NCBI GenBank assembly: GCA_013239625.1
Contig: MU054117.1
Span: forward strand, 1,920,011 to 1,984,010
Source of the DNA: Lama guanicoe
Taxonomy: Eukaryota
Direction: 5' to 3'
Length of the DNA stretch: 64,000 nt
Shown here: positions 28,244-42,325 of the stretch, piece after piece
Layout of the letters: each line of letters opens with the position of its first letter
How positions within the stretch are numbered: the stretch's first letter is position 1
Made by a program: the position numbers and the translations under genes
The notes under the pieces: model-generated
What the model saw: only the letters and a program-made list of their open reading frames with translations
Database searches by the model: none
What the model was told of the DNA's origin: nothing

Positions 28244-28363
28244 GGGGGGAGGGTATAGCTCAGTGGTAGAGCGTGTGCCCAGCATGCACGAGGTCCTGGG
28301 TTCAATCCCCAGGCCCTCCATCAAGAAAAAGTAAATAAATAAACCTAATTACCCCCCCAAAAA
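28244..28363 (+). mobile_element. Vic-1-like SINE inserted into an older L1
   Basis: Well-preserved copy GGGGAGGGTATAGCTCAGTGGTAGAGCG..; target-site duplication ATCCAGTTTT at 28231 and 28364. Confidence 0.9.
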
Positions 28364-29036
28364 ATCCAGTTTTGCAAACCATCACCCCAAAAAGTACCCG
28401 CATGCCCATCAGCGGTCACCCCCATCCCTCCCTCTCCTCAGCCGCTGGCAACCACTCATCTGCTTTCCCTTTCTATGGATCTGCGTGTGGTGATGTTTCA
28501 GTGAACAATATGGATCATACAACACGCAACCTTTTGTGCGTGGCTCCTTCACAGAGTATCACGTTGTCCAGGCCCACCCCCACCGCAGCACAGATCCCAG
28601 GACCGCGTGCCTTTCTGTGGCTGAACAATATTCGGTTCTCGGGCGCGTGACATTCTGCCCGCCTGCTCACCAGGGGATGAACATCTGGGTCGTTTCTACT
28701 TCTGAGCGACTGCGAATAATGCTGCTGTGGACATCCTCGTACAAGACTTCTCGTGGATGCGCATTTTCATTTCTTGCAAGTACATGTGCAAGGAGTGGCA
28801 CTGCTGGATCACGTGGGAACTCCACGTCTAACTTTCCGAGGAGCCGCCAGGCTATCTTCCTAAGAGGAAGCACCATTTTACATCCCCACCAGCGACGTGG
28901 GCGGGCCCCCCTCTCTCGTTCACCGCGGCCATCCCAGGGGGCGTGGAGCAGGGTCTCACTGCTGATTTCCACTTTAGTAACCAACACGGAGCATCTTTTC
29001 ATGCACTTGGTGGCCGTCTGTGCCTCTTCTCTGGAG

Positions 29037-29128
29037 GAAGCCCACTCAGCCCCCCGGCCGCCTCGCGCGGCCTCTTATCTGTGAGCTGAGAAGCCCACTC
29101 AGCCCCCCGGCCGCCTCACGCGGCCTCT
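29037..29128. repeat. Direct duplication of a 39-bp GC-rich unit, period 53
   Basis: GAAGCCCACTCAGCCCCCCGGCCGCCTC(G/A)CGCGGCCTCT at 29037 and 29090, one mismatch. Confidence 0.9.
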
Positions 29129-30126
29129 GTGTCCGGGAGCTCGAAGAGCTCTTCACGCGCTCTGGGTGCTAGGTTCTCTCTTCCTTAATCCTCAGTCACC
29201 CGGTGGAAGCCAGGCATTGGTCTCTGTTTCACAGATAAACAGATACTAGAGCCTGGAGTGTCAGTGAGAGGCATGACTGAATCCACACCTGGCTCCCCAA
29301 AGCCCACGCTCTTTCCGCGTTTCTGTGTGGCTTCCTGCTGACAGGAAGGTGGCGACACCCGCGTGTGGGTTCGGTGAAGGTGACCGGCGCTGGAATTGAG
29401 GCCAGGATGTCACAAACATTATCAGCTGACTGTGGAAGTCAACGGTGGCAGGCCTCAGAGCCACATATAAAATAAAAAAGGCTTATGTGAGATTCTTTCT
29501 TACTCTGAAAGCCTGTGATTCGATAAGCCTTTCTGTTTCACCTGCCCCGCATCAAACAGCAACAGGCAGGGACAGCCGATGCTTTAAGCGTCAGGACCAA
29601 AGGAAGAGCCTCCCAGTGAGGTACATCCCTCTGAAGCCCAGGTCCAGTCTCCTCCAGGAATTTCTGTTTCAGTTTATTAGACACCTGATCTGCTATCACA
29701 GCCTTAAAAAAGAAGGTAGCCTCTCCCACTGGCAGTTCAGTCACCACTTTCCTTCACACAAATACGGAAACCTGGGTTCTTCCCTTTGTCGTGGGCAAAT
29801 CAGAATGATCCCGCAACAAGCCAAGGCCGGCTGAATTCCCAGCGACTGTCCAGGCAGCTTCACGACCACCTCGCCCTACGTGCACAGCAGATCGCCTGAG
29901 AGGGAGATGGGAAAACGGATGTGGTTTTAGTGCCATCGTCCTGTACCACCTCTGCTGCCTCCAAACACGAGATGATTTCAAGGGGTGAGCTTAGGAAAAC
30001 TGTCGTCCGTGCACAGCCCTGTGTGGTCTGTGGAACAGGCAAGAAGACTAAGTCATTAACAAAGTGGAGACATGGTTTTAACAAGAAACTACAGAAAACT
30101 CAAATACAATATTTTCAATTACGTAC

Positions 30127-30132
30127 TTTATT
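30127..30132 (-). terminator. CCDC77: Probable CCDC77 polyadenylation signal (AATAAA)
   Basis: AATAAA on minus strand ~700 nt after the stop, followed by GU/U-rich sequence (TTGTATTTGAGTTTTCTGTAGTTTCTTGTT). Confidence 0.7.
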
Positions 30133-30832
30133 TAAAATACATACATCATTTTTAAAAAGACCCTGGTGGTGGTTACACGCCGAACTGCTCACACGGGGAC
30201 GGAGTCAGTCTCACTCGCTCTTACCAAGCGGCACTGTCACGTCCCAGGTGAACATTCTGCCCAAGAGCACGGTCTCTGGCGCCCTCTGGCGCCACTTCAC
30301 AAGATTGCGCGTCCAGAAGGGAACTCGGGCCCTGCAGCTCCGGAGAGGCTGGCGGGATAACTGAGTCACAGCCTCCTGGGCTGACAGGCCGTGATCTGCA
30401 GCCTCTGCCCAGGAGGAGAGCAACCTCAGTGGGCGTCACTATCTCCTGGGAAAGGGTTTCTCCCACTGACACTCAGCCATGCTCACAGCAAAAATACTTT
30501 CTTCCTAAGCTGCCATTGTCTTCTTAAAAAAAAAATTAAAAAAAAACCCTGTCATTATAAATGGGAGAGAGAATGTGGGAAAGTCTGTAAGTAATTCAGG
30601 TTATAATCCAGATCCAAAAAAAAAACCCACAGAGAAGGTCAACAGGACAGCAAAAATCATAAAGCCCGGAACGCAGAAAGAGCTCTTCCAGGGTCCCCGA
30701 TCCTTCACCATCTCCTAACAACGGACACCAGTACTCGAGGCAGCTCTGGGCCGACAGCCCCTGGGAGAAGACGAGCTGCCCCCGCCGTGAGGAGGAGGCC
30801 TTGCTCCAGGCGGGGCCGTTCCTAAACGCGCA

Positions 30833-30979
<147 letters not shown>

Positions 30980-31513
30980 CTAGATATTTGGGAGAAAAAA
31001 AAAGAAAAGGAAGAACTGGTTACGGCACACGCCGGAGGACAGAGCTCAGCCCTCCAGATCGGGCTGCGACGCTCCTGCCCACGGGACTTGCGGGCACGGG
31101 ACAGTCGGTCCTCAGTCTGCGCGGCGAGGAGCAGAGAAAGGACGTCGTCGAGCAGGGCGCAGCAGGAAGGGCTCGAGGCCCCTGTGCACCCTCCCGACTG
31201 TGAAGGAGCCGAGACATCGTGGCCAGTCAGCAGGGAACGACGCGCAAAAGGAAGAGACCAGCGTGAACGGTACTGGTAAACCTGCCCAAGAGAGAAAGCA
31301 AGCACCCCTCGGCTCTGCAGGTCCCCGCGTGGCCCCGCGGTCGTCCAGCACATGCGGGGGACCAGGCAGGTCTGACGGCAGTCCACATACAGACACGTCT
31401 GCCAGGGAGGAGGCCCTTTTTTTTAACTCGATTACTCGCCTTCCCCATGTGTAAAACAGACACAGTTCTCTGAATCCACTTCTGGGGGGGGTGTGTGTGA
31501 AAGTTTCTGCTTA

Positions 31514-32127
<614 letters not shown>

Positions 32128-33058
32128 CTAGAAATACACAGTGAGTCAAGGAACGACAGCAAGGAACTCGAGAGCACCTGAAACCTGCTTCTAGAGGGTT
32201 CTCTCAGCTTTTTTCCCAAAGTGTACACGGTAGAAATTCTTTCAAATAAAACAAGTATTTTTGGCTCTGGGAAGACTCAGATAATGGAGTTCAAAATTAC
32301 ATCAAGTAAGACATTAACATTACAATGTATGTTTTGGGACACATTTCTGAAGTTCTTCTTTGAAAAGAAAAAAACAGCAACAACACTTTACATGTTCCAC
32401 TGAGCAGCCGGAATGATCCTGGAAAACCCCAATCAGGTGTCACTTCCTCACACACAATCCTTGAGACATGATGGTGTTTGGAGCGACGCTCTCAGCAGGA
32501 CCGTGAAGGCTCTGTGAGGTGGCTGCTGCCCGCCCTCCACGCGCCACCTGCCCCGTGATCCCTCCTCCACGACCACGGTGATGGGGCCGGTGATGGGGCC
32601 GGGGCCGGCCTCCCCTAACCTGCCCTCCGCCTGCGGGGCTCCTCCTGCGTCCGCGCGGCCAGCTCAGCCCCAGGCGCCAGGTCGAGGCGAGCCCCAGACC
32701 TGCGCCTCTACAGAAGTGCGCATCCAGGGACGGCATGCCATCTCCACGTAATCCTTTCGGTTCCTCACTAGTACTTTTTTACAGCCCACCATTCTCTTGG
32801 GTATTTGCCCATGTTTCTGTTCTCTCTCACCCGTTAAAATGCAGGTGCCACGGGGGCAGGCCTCGCCCAGCGCGTTTACAGCCGCAGCCCCAGAGCCCAG
32901 GCCTCACACAGTAGGGCTGCAGGAAGTATCTGTGGAATCACTCCACCAGTCGACACTGTAATTTCCTAAATCCCCAAATGCTACCACTCCTTGAAACTCA
33001 TTTCCCGAGGTTGCTGCTACAACAGCCCCTGTGCTGAGTGGGTCTTGCATGACAATCA

Positions 33059-33403
<345 letters not shown>

Positions 33404-33439
33404 TTATTCCAAACAAAGCGACTACAAAGGTTCTGTAAA

Positions 33440-33540
33440 GACTGTGCCATACAGAGGGAGCGTGCACCAGGTGCTGGGTGCAATCCCCAGTCCCTCCTCT
33501 AAGGATAAATAAGTAAAGCTAATTACCTCCCCCACCAAAG
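33440..33540 (+). mobile_element. Degraded Vic-1-like SINE
   Basis: CTGGGTGCAATCCCCAGTCCCTCC..TAAATAAGTAAAGCTAATTACCTCCCCCACC; head eroded. Confidence 0.7.
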
Positions 33541-35373
33541 CCTGTACAAAACATAAATTCTATAAAATACTATTTGCGGTTTTAAAAACACTTTTAGTCT
33601 GACCACTGGCGCCCTCACACACTTGACTGGACAGGGTGTAACGCACCCACACTGCTTCACACACTGGTCTCGGCAGATACCTTCCTGACCCCTCGTTTCA
33701 GGCCCCACCGTTAGCAGGACTACAGACACCTGCACACGGCCTGCGGAAGTCTGGGCTGCTCCAGGCCCGGGGCTCCGCGGCGAGGAACTAATCCTGGTGC
33801 TGTGACGGAGGGCCAGTGCAGGTCCTGAAACGTCAGGACAGCTCTGCTTTTGTCCGTGCTGTGCGCCACGTGGAAACCGCTCGGCATCAGATCCTGTCCT
33901 TTTTTTCAAGATCAACTTCCTCTCTGGAGTCACCGTAACAACTTCCGCCCACTTACCAGTTTCTCTGCCCTCTGAAGCTCCCTGCCACCTTAAGCCCGCG
34001 CCCCTGTTACAGCTCGGCGCTTGTGGAACTTTATTTATCACTTATTTCTGGCCCGCCACCACCAGGTCACCAAGGACAGCACCAACTACTGGACACACAC
34101 AAGGGAGTAGGCAGATTCCCGCTGACCACTAAGATTCAGGAAGAGACAAACGATGCTTCTGTCTTCAACAGAGGACGTCTCTCAGAGTTAGCAACTCATC
34201 GGTTTAACATCAACACCTAGAAAAATACTGTATCAAATGATCAATCTGCTTGCAAAGGGAGAAATACCGTGAGGCCCACCCACAGCAACAGAGGAGCAGC
34301 TGGGACGGGGGAGGGGGTGGAGTCCCTAACAATTCACGCTGATGGCCAAGTGCCAGGCTCCACCAGAAGACACGGGGAGGGCGGAGGAGCGGGAAGACCG
34401 GTGACAGGAGCAGTCAGTTGAGGGCACCAATCTGAACAAGGTCACAGCCCGACCCAGTGGGGTCGGAACCGGAGGGCAGAGGACGCCCGGGAGAGGCTTC
34501 CCGGGCTCACACCCGACAGGCCTGGGGTCAGGGAAGAAGGGAGCAGGGAGCCGGGCATCACTCTGAGGCTTCCAGCCCGGGAGACGAGGCGGCTGTGTGC
34601 GCATTAAACTAAAGGGGGAAAGAATGAAGTCACAGGTTTGAGATGGGGGTGGTGCCTATTGGGAAAGCCTGGTTTCAGCCACGGTAAACCTGGGGTGTTC
34701 AAACACACTCAACCACATATGTCCTTGCAGCACAGCTCTGGCCCCTGGGAGCAGAGAGCAGGCTGAGCAAGGCAGAAGGCCCGAGAGACACGGGCGCTGC
34801 AGGAATCGAGGGAGACAGACCCCAAAGCGGGGGCAGTCGCAGGTGCCCACATGCAGAAGGACACTAGTTACAGTGGGGACTGGGGAGAGCTAGGTGGTCG
34901 CAGAAATTAAGAAGTCAGCGATGACCCTGGACAGGGCCCACTTAGAAGCGTGGGGGACGGAAGCAGCCTGCAGAGAGGCGGGGAAGGCAGCAGGAACGGG
35001 AGTGCAGACCGTCTGCATCATTCTGTGCAGCTGCGTGGAGTCAAACAAAAGGAAGGCACGGTTACACTGAGGCAGATACAGCAGCAGTGGAGAAGAGGAC
35101 ACTGCTTAACACTAAGATCAGGCTGGAGCACTCAGATGGGCGAAAGGGAGCGGGCGGAACAGCCCCGGCTCTCCAGGAACAGCCGGGGTGGGGCTGCCCC
35201 TGCACAGAGGCAGAGGGTCTGAGCAAGACACCTTCTGCAGCCCCGGGACCTGCCCTGCCAAGGACAGGAAAGCCAACTTAAGGGGCTTTCTTTCCCCCGT
35301 CCTCCAGCCAGACTGATGGCATCTGTCTGGAAAGTATTTTAAACGCGTCATGTACCGTTTTCATGAACACTCA

Positions 35374-35568
<195 letters not shown>

Positions 35569-36424
35569 TCAGCTCTCACCTCTAAGCGAGCCTCTCCAGG
35601 AAAATTTAAACACAAAACCAAACCCCACAGACAAAAAAACAAACAGAAGGAAAATCTCAACTGTACCCTCTTGAGTGTCCTGTGAGTGGGGTGAGGCTGC
35701 GTGAGACCAGACTGTCCACACTCACCAAAGCACCTACACCCTGTGGGAATGCGAGAAAACCCAGCTCCCCTGGCCCCGGGGGTCTCACCTTCCCACCAGC
35801 TCCCCTTCTGGTTTTAGGACGGTCTCCCTTTTAACACTGCCTAGTTACATAAAGAATACAGCTATTTTTTTTTCATTTAAAAAGTAGAGCAAATTGAGTA
35901 TGATGTAATTTCCCTCTCTGAGTCTGGCTGTCATGACCCTCAATGGAGATACTGGCCAAAGGCAGAAACTGTCATTTAAATCAACAGAACACCCCCCCCA
36001 TAACGACAGGAACTGAGTAACCAGGTGAAAAGTCATGGCTGCAAGTGACACCCAATCACCAGGGGGTCAGAGGGCGATGGGCTACTTTCCTAGACTTCAG
36101 AACACACGCACCAAACAAACGGACGTGTCCCCAGAGGTCAATCTACTGGGACCGACAACTGCGACTCTGGGCGTCCCTGGGCCGACAGCACAGGGAGTCC
36201 AGACTGTGGCGGCTCTGATGGGGGGCTCGGCGTGCAAGCTGCACGACCTGAAGGCTCAGAGCGGCACCCTGGGTGCGGAAGGCCGGATGAGGGCGTGAAG
36301 TACCAGCCCCGGGAGGTGGGGCCCGGCCGGCCCTCAGCCCCGCGGCGCCGCTGAGGCACAAGGGGGCGGGGCTGGGCAGCACCTGCCAACGAGGGCTGGG
36401 GGACAGAGCGGGCTCGGCCCTGAC

Positions 36425-36516
36425 CTGCAGGACGAGGGACAAGACGTCTCTCTGCTGCTGCTCTGCGCTCTCCTCCTTCTCTCTCGTTGCTGGTTTTCTT
36501 CTCCTTCCTGTAGAAT
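36425..36516 (-). CDS. CCDC77: CCDC77 coding exon 6 (DSTGRRRKPATREKEESAEQQQRDVLSLVLQ)
   Basis: 92 nt, acceptor TTTTAG|, donor CAG|GTCAGG; alignable to human [30 protein letters not shown]; restores phase 0. Confidence 0.87.
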
Positions 36517-36946
36517 CTAAAACAGAAAAGTTAATGGAGACCTTTACTCAGCTTTGCTTTCTGCTGTTCAGGCACCAACCGACCTCTAGAGAGGAGTCTG
36601 GTCTCCTTTACCTGCAGGAGAAGGGAAGGAAGAAAGAGGACGACGCGCAGTAACTACGGCGCTTCACTGTGCCAGCAGGGCTCTCTCACGGGGCCCTGCC
36701 GGACGTCACCCCGACGACAACGTGCATCTTTCCGAAGAATAAGCTCCTACATTTCCCTGTGCAGTTGCGACTGTTTTCTTTTAAAATCTTATTTGGTCAG
36801 AAAGGGTAAGGAATGTTGCACAGGAATTGCAACACAATAAAGTTGTTTCTTGAAAAAGGGAACGGGATAAAAAACTAAATCTAAACATTCTAGTTATGAC
36901 ATATAACCCAGTTTTCAAAAAGTAAGGTTATTTTAAAAATAAGCAA

Positions 36947-37012
36947 CCAGAAACTGACACATTGTAAACTGACTATACTCCAATAAATACATATATAAAA
37001 CAAAAAACACAG
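36947..37012 (+). mobile_element. Very short L1 3' terminus with target-site duplication
   Basis: CAGAAACTGACACATTGTAAACTGACTATACTCCAATAAA plus A-rich tail, flanked by AAATAAGCAA at 36937 and 37013. Confidence 0.7.
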
Positions 37013-37089
37013 AAATAAGCAAATTTAAAATTTCACCGAAGATATTTTAATTCTTTGACTAAGTAGTTCATGCTAAGAAAGTAAATCTT

Positions 37090-37649
37090 TTTTTGTTTTC
37101 CTTTTTTAATTGAAATATACTTGATTTATACTGTTACTAGTTTCAGACATACAATGTACTGATTCAATGTTTTTATAGATTATACTCCCTTTATAGCCAT
37201 TATAAATTGTTGGCTATAATCCCTGCGCTGTGCAACACATCCTCGTAGCTCACTGATTTTACACAGTAGTTTGTACGTCTTAATCCCCTCCCCCACCCTC
37301 CCCTTCTCGCTCGCGACACCAGTTTGTTCTGTGTTGTCTCTTTTTGCTCTGTTCACTAGCTTACTCTATTTTTCAGATTCCACATGTAAGTGATATCACA
37401 TAGCATTTGTCTTTCTCTGATACTTCACTAAGCATGATGCCCTCTAAGTCCACCCACATGTTGTAAATGGCAAAATTTCTCTTTATGGCCGAGTAGTACT
37501 CCACTGCATGCACATCCCACGTCTCGTTTATCCAGTCGTCTGTTGATGGACATTTATCAGATACTTCCTTATCTGGGCTATTGTACATAACACTGCCATG
37601 AACACTGGGGTGCATGTGCCTTTTCGAATTAGTATTTTCACTTTCTTTG
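37090..37649 (-). mobile_element. 5'-truncated L1 inserted into an older plus-strand L1 3' end (which resumes at 37650-37834)
   Basis: Minus ORF KCPSTDDWINETW..EYYSAIK..WVDLEGIMLSEVSEKDK; imperfect duplication TAAGAAAGTAAATCTT (37074) / TAAGAGAGTAATCTT (37650). Confidence 0.85.
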
Positions 37650-37836
37650 TAAGAGAGTAATCTTAAAAGTTCTCATCACAAGAGAAACAAACTTGCAACT
37701 ACATGTGTGGTGGTGGATGTTAACTAGACTTACTGTGGTGATCATTTTGCAATATATACAAATGTCAAATTATTATGTTGTACACCGGAACTGATACAAT
37801 GGTATATGTTGATTACATATCAATTTAAAAAAAAGA

Positions 37837-37940
37837 GGGGAAGAGGGGAACAGCTCAGTGGTAGAGCGCACGCTTAGCATGCATGAGGTCCTGGGTTCTA
37901 TTACTTCTCCTGCCCCGGCCAAAGAAAGAAAAGGGAAGAA
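37837..37940 (+). mobile_element. Vic-1-like SINE with internal deletion, sitting in an L1 poly(A) tail
   Basis: CAGCTCAGTGGTAGAGCGCACGCTTAGCATGCATGAGGTCCTGGGTTC followed directly by the tail. Confidence 0.8.
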
Positions 37941-38269
37941 AATAGAGATTTCCATTAAAAAAGAGAAGGAAAAGGAGACTGAGGCTTAGAGAGGCTAATT
38001 AATAGTCTGTGATCCCAGAAGTTGTCCGAATCTGTTTGATGACTTATCACCATACACGTTAATTACATACCTTTTATTTTATTCATTAAAGCATAATGGA
38101 AAGATTTTTAAAAAAACAACCAAAAAAGGCAGCTCAGTAAGATCTCAGACCACCAGAGGCACCACTGTGAACATTTATTATCATTGTACAATAGGAAAAA
38201 ATGTCTAATTGTTTGCACTGTGGTTTTGAATTCTGCATCAGTGAGAATCTCTAATGATGAGGTTGGTAC

Positions 38270-38342
38270 CTGGTCTGGGAACTGAAGGCTCACTCTGCTC
38301 ATAGACTTCCACAGCCTGGAGGGCCGTCTGGAAGACGCTGAC
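38270..38342 (-). CDS. CCDC77: CCDC77 coding exon 5 (VSVFQTALQAVEVYEQSEPSVPRP)
   Basis: 73 nt, acceptor CTTCAG|, donor G|GTACC; diverged but alignable to human [24 protein letters not shown]; phase fits. Confidence 0.88.
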
Positions 38343-39048
38343 CTGAAGGAGTGAAAACAAGGACAGAAGCAGCCCTCAGATAGGAGTAACAGTGCACTTT
38401 TCAGACTTAGTTCTGCAGATCAAACACTTTGTAAGTGAAACTGGTCGAAACTGATATAATCATATCAGGATGTCATGCACATGAGACACTAAAGTGGACA
38501 AAGCAGCCAACTGGATAAAATGCAGTGTCCTGAATATAAACTGGATAAAACCAGTGCTGGTGATAGAAATGAAAAAGGGTTCTCTGGCAATGTATGCTTA
38601 AAAAAAAAAGTCTTTCATAAGGGCCCCAGGAAAGTAAGAGACACAGAGAGGCGTGCACATATGGGTATGTATAAAGACGGTCACTAAAGCGCTGCTTTGA
38701 GAAGTGAAAGAATGAAAACCACAAAAGCACATGTGAACATTGCTGCGTGAGTGGAAAAAGAGCTTTATCTCTGGGTGTGGAATTATGGGACACTGCCACG
38801 TAGATTCCTGAAATTTGTGTGTGTGTTTTAAAAGACCACACATTACTTCTGCAATCAGTACAAAGATTAAAAAAGAAAGTATTGAAACTTGTTCCCACAC
38901 TCAGTCTGCTCCTGCTGCTCTCTCTAAACTCATCCAAAACACCTCCTCCTCTGCGCTTTCGGTTTCCAAGTGGAGAAATGGGGTAAACAGGGCTACTCCC
39001 CAAGGTTTTTGAAGAAAAAGAATAAAATCACAAAGCTCTTCACAATTA

Positions 39049-39345
<297 letters not shown>

Positions 39346-39499
39346 TCATTTAAAGGATCTCCCTTCTGACTTATTTATTTTTAAAGCAATGGTAACCTTA
39401 CGTTAAAGTTATTAAAAGCAGGATTTATCTAGACCTTAGCTCTAATTTTTCAAACATCAGGTATTCATTTTCAGGACTTGACAGGAAAGTGGGCAGGAA

Positions 39500-39890
39500 G
39501 CCACTTCATAGCTGGCTCCCCATCTGCTGGCAGCACTGATGAAACTCTCTCCAGAGCTGCCCTCAGGCGAAGGGGACCGCCTTGCCCAGCTGTGTGTCCA
39601 AGGGGCAGCCTGCACCCAGGGCCTGGCTACCGAGGGGACACAAAAGCCAGTCTTCTTGCCTCAATTCAGGGAACTCTGAGGGGCCACCCCAGCTTCAGGG
39701 CACCAGGGGGTATCGACTGAGAACTGCTGTAACTGAATCCCAGCTCAGCTTCTGCCCAATCAGACTTTCCTCGTTCCTGCGGAGGTGGTTTATTCCCAAA
39801 GTGTGCCTCAGTGGGTCTCCTGCCAGCAAATCCCTGTCACAGTCTGCTTTCCAGGAAACCCAGCCTGAGACAGTTGATACCAGAAATGGA
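39500..39890 (+). mobile_element. ERVL LTR16-like LTR remnant plus start of internal sequence
   Basis: Ends AAATCCCTGTCACAGTCTGCTTTCCAGGAAACCCAGCCTGAGACA, then GTTGATACCAG. Family call from memory; left edge uncertain. Confidence 0.5.
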
Positions 39891-39894
39891 CCAA

Positions 39895-41690
39895 AAAGAA
39901 TAAAATAAAATACTCAGGAATTAACTTAACAAAGGGAGGGAAAGATCTGTATCCTGAAAACTGTTGAAAGAAATTAAGGAAAACATAAATGGGAAGACAT
40001 CCTGTGTCTATAGATTGGAAGACGTAATATTACATTACTTAGAGCAATCTATAGATACAGTGCAATTCCTATAAAAATCCCAACAACATTTTTTACAGAA
40101 ATAGAAAAATCCACCCTAAAATTCATATGGAAACTCAAGGAACTCCAAATAGTCAAAACAAACTTGAAAAAGAACGAAGTTGGAGGACTCACACTTCTTG
40201 ATTCTAAAACTTACAACAAAGCTACAGGAATCAAAACAGTGTGGCACTGGCACAATGGCAGACAAACAGGCCAACTGAGTACAGCAGCGCACCCAGGACT
40301 CAGTCCTACACAGACGGTCAAATGACTTACAACTTTTCCTTTTTTTTTGGAGTGGGTTGTAATTAGGTTTGTTTATTTTTAATGGAGGTACTGGGATTGA
40401 ACACAGGACCTCGTGCATGATAAGCACATGCTCCACCACTTGAGCTATACCCCCCCCAACTTCTGACTTTTCATAGGGAAAAGACAGTCTTTTCAACAAC
40501 CGATCCTGGCAAAACTGGATGTCCACATGCAAAAGAATGAAGTTGGACCCTTACCTAACACCATACACAAAAATTAACTCAAAATGGGTCAAAGGCATAT
40601 GTAAGAGCTGAAACTATAAAACTCTTAGAAGAAAACATAGTGATATTGGATTTGGCAATGATTTCTTGGACATGACACCAAAAGCAGAAGCAACAAAAGG
40701 AAAAATACACAAACTGGACCGTATGAAAATTAAAAACTTCTGTGCATCGAAGAACATTATCAAAAGAGTAAAATGCCAACCTTAGGACTGGAGAAAACGT
40801 CTGCAAACCCCTTGCCTGGTAAGAGACTCACACCCAGAATACAGAGACTCCTAAAACTGAACAACAGCAGAAAGCCTGATGCAAAAATGGGAGAAGGACC
40901 GAGACATCCCTGTAAGGAAACCATACAAATGACCAACAAGCACCGGACAAACTCAACAGCACTTGGCGTCAGCAACGCGAAGCAGAGACGAGCTACTACC
41001 CACCCCCACCCGGACGGCTGTGGCTCAAAAAGAGAGCGCGAGGGCTGCTGTGCTTACGGAGAAACCAGAACCCTGCACGCTGCTGGTCGGAGTGCAAAAC
41101 GGCGCAGCCACTGTGGAAAACAGTTCCTCAGAAAAATTAAACACAGAATTAGCATTTGATCCAGCAGCTCCCCTTCTGGGTACATGCACAGAAGACCTGA
41201 AAGCAGGAACCCGGATAGGATTTGTACACCCACATTCACAGTGGTGTGACTCACAGCAGCCTGAAGGTCAAAACAATGCAAACGTTCACAAACAGACGAA
41301 TGAATACGCAAAATGTGGTATGTTTGTTATCATTTGTCCTTAAAAAGGAATAAAATTCTCACACGTATGTTGCATAACATGAATGGACCTTGAAAACATT
41401 ACTAAGTGAAACACATCAGACACGAAAGGACAAACACCGTATGATTCCACTTACACGAGGCCTGGAATAGTCAAATTCATAGAGACAGAAAATAGAGCAG
41501 TGGTTACTAGGGGCTGAGGGGAGGGAGTTAGTGCTTAACGGGGCCAGACTCTGCACGGGATGACCAGAAGGTTCTGGATGTGGACAGTGGTGCGGCTGCA
41601 GTCATGTGGCTGTACTTAAAGATGCTCAACTATACACTTAAAAATGATTCGAATGGTCAGTTTTAGGTTAAGTATCTTTTACCACAAAAA
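39895..41690 (+). mobile_element. L1M-type ORF2 3' part and 3'UTR, decayed
   Basis: Typical ORF2 DNA (CTAAAATTCATATGGAA, ATCAAAACAGTGTGGCACTGGCA, AAAATTAACTCAAAATGG, AATTAAAAACTTCTGTGCATC) and 3'UTR (TATGATTCCACTTA..GTCAAATTCATAGAGACAGAAA); many frameshifts. Confidence 0.9.
40338..40456 (-). mobile_element. Vic-1-like SINE inserted into L1 ORF2 remnant
   Basis: Reverse complement of the family sequence; CAACTT flanks on both sides. Confidence 0.85.
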
Positions 41691-41699
41691 GAAGACATG

Positions 41700-42325
<626 letters not shown>

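Larger units (their letters stand above)
28160..29170 (-). mobile_element. Old L1M-type 3' region, interrupted by a SINE
   Basis: ACATAAAATTCACCCTTTGAAAGTA..GGCAACCACTCATCTGCTTT..GAATAATGCTGCTGTGGACAT..CACCATTTTACATCCCCACCAGC; minus ORF retains WWGCKMVLPLRKIAWRLL. Confidence 0.8.

Noticed and set aside
28244..28320. tRNA gene (A and B boxes present)
   Set aside because: Continues into the SINE tail with a target-site duplication and recurs in diverged copies; a SINE, not a tRNA.
39895..41343. Active L1 or novel reverse-transcriptase gene
   Set aside because: Truncated, frameshifted and interrupted by a SINE.
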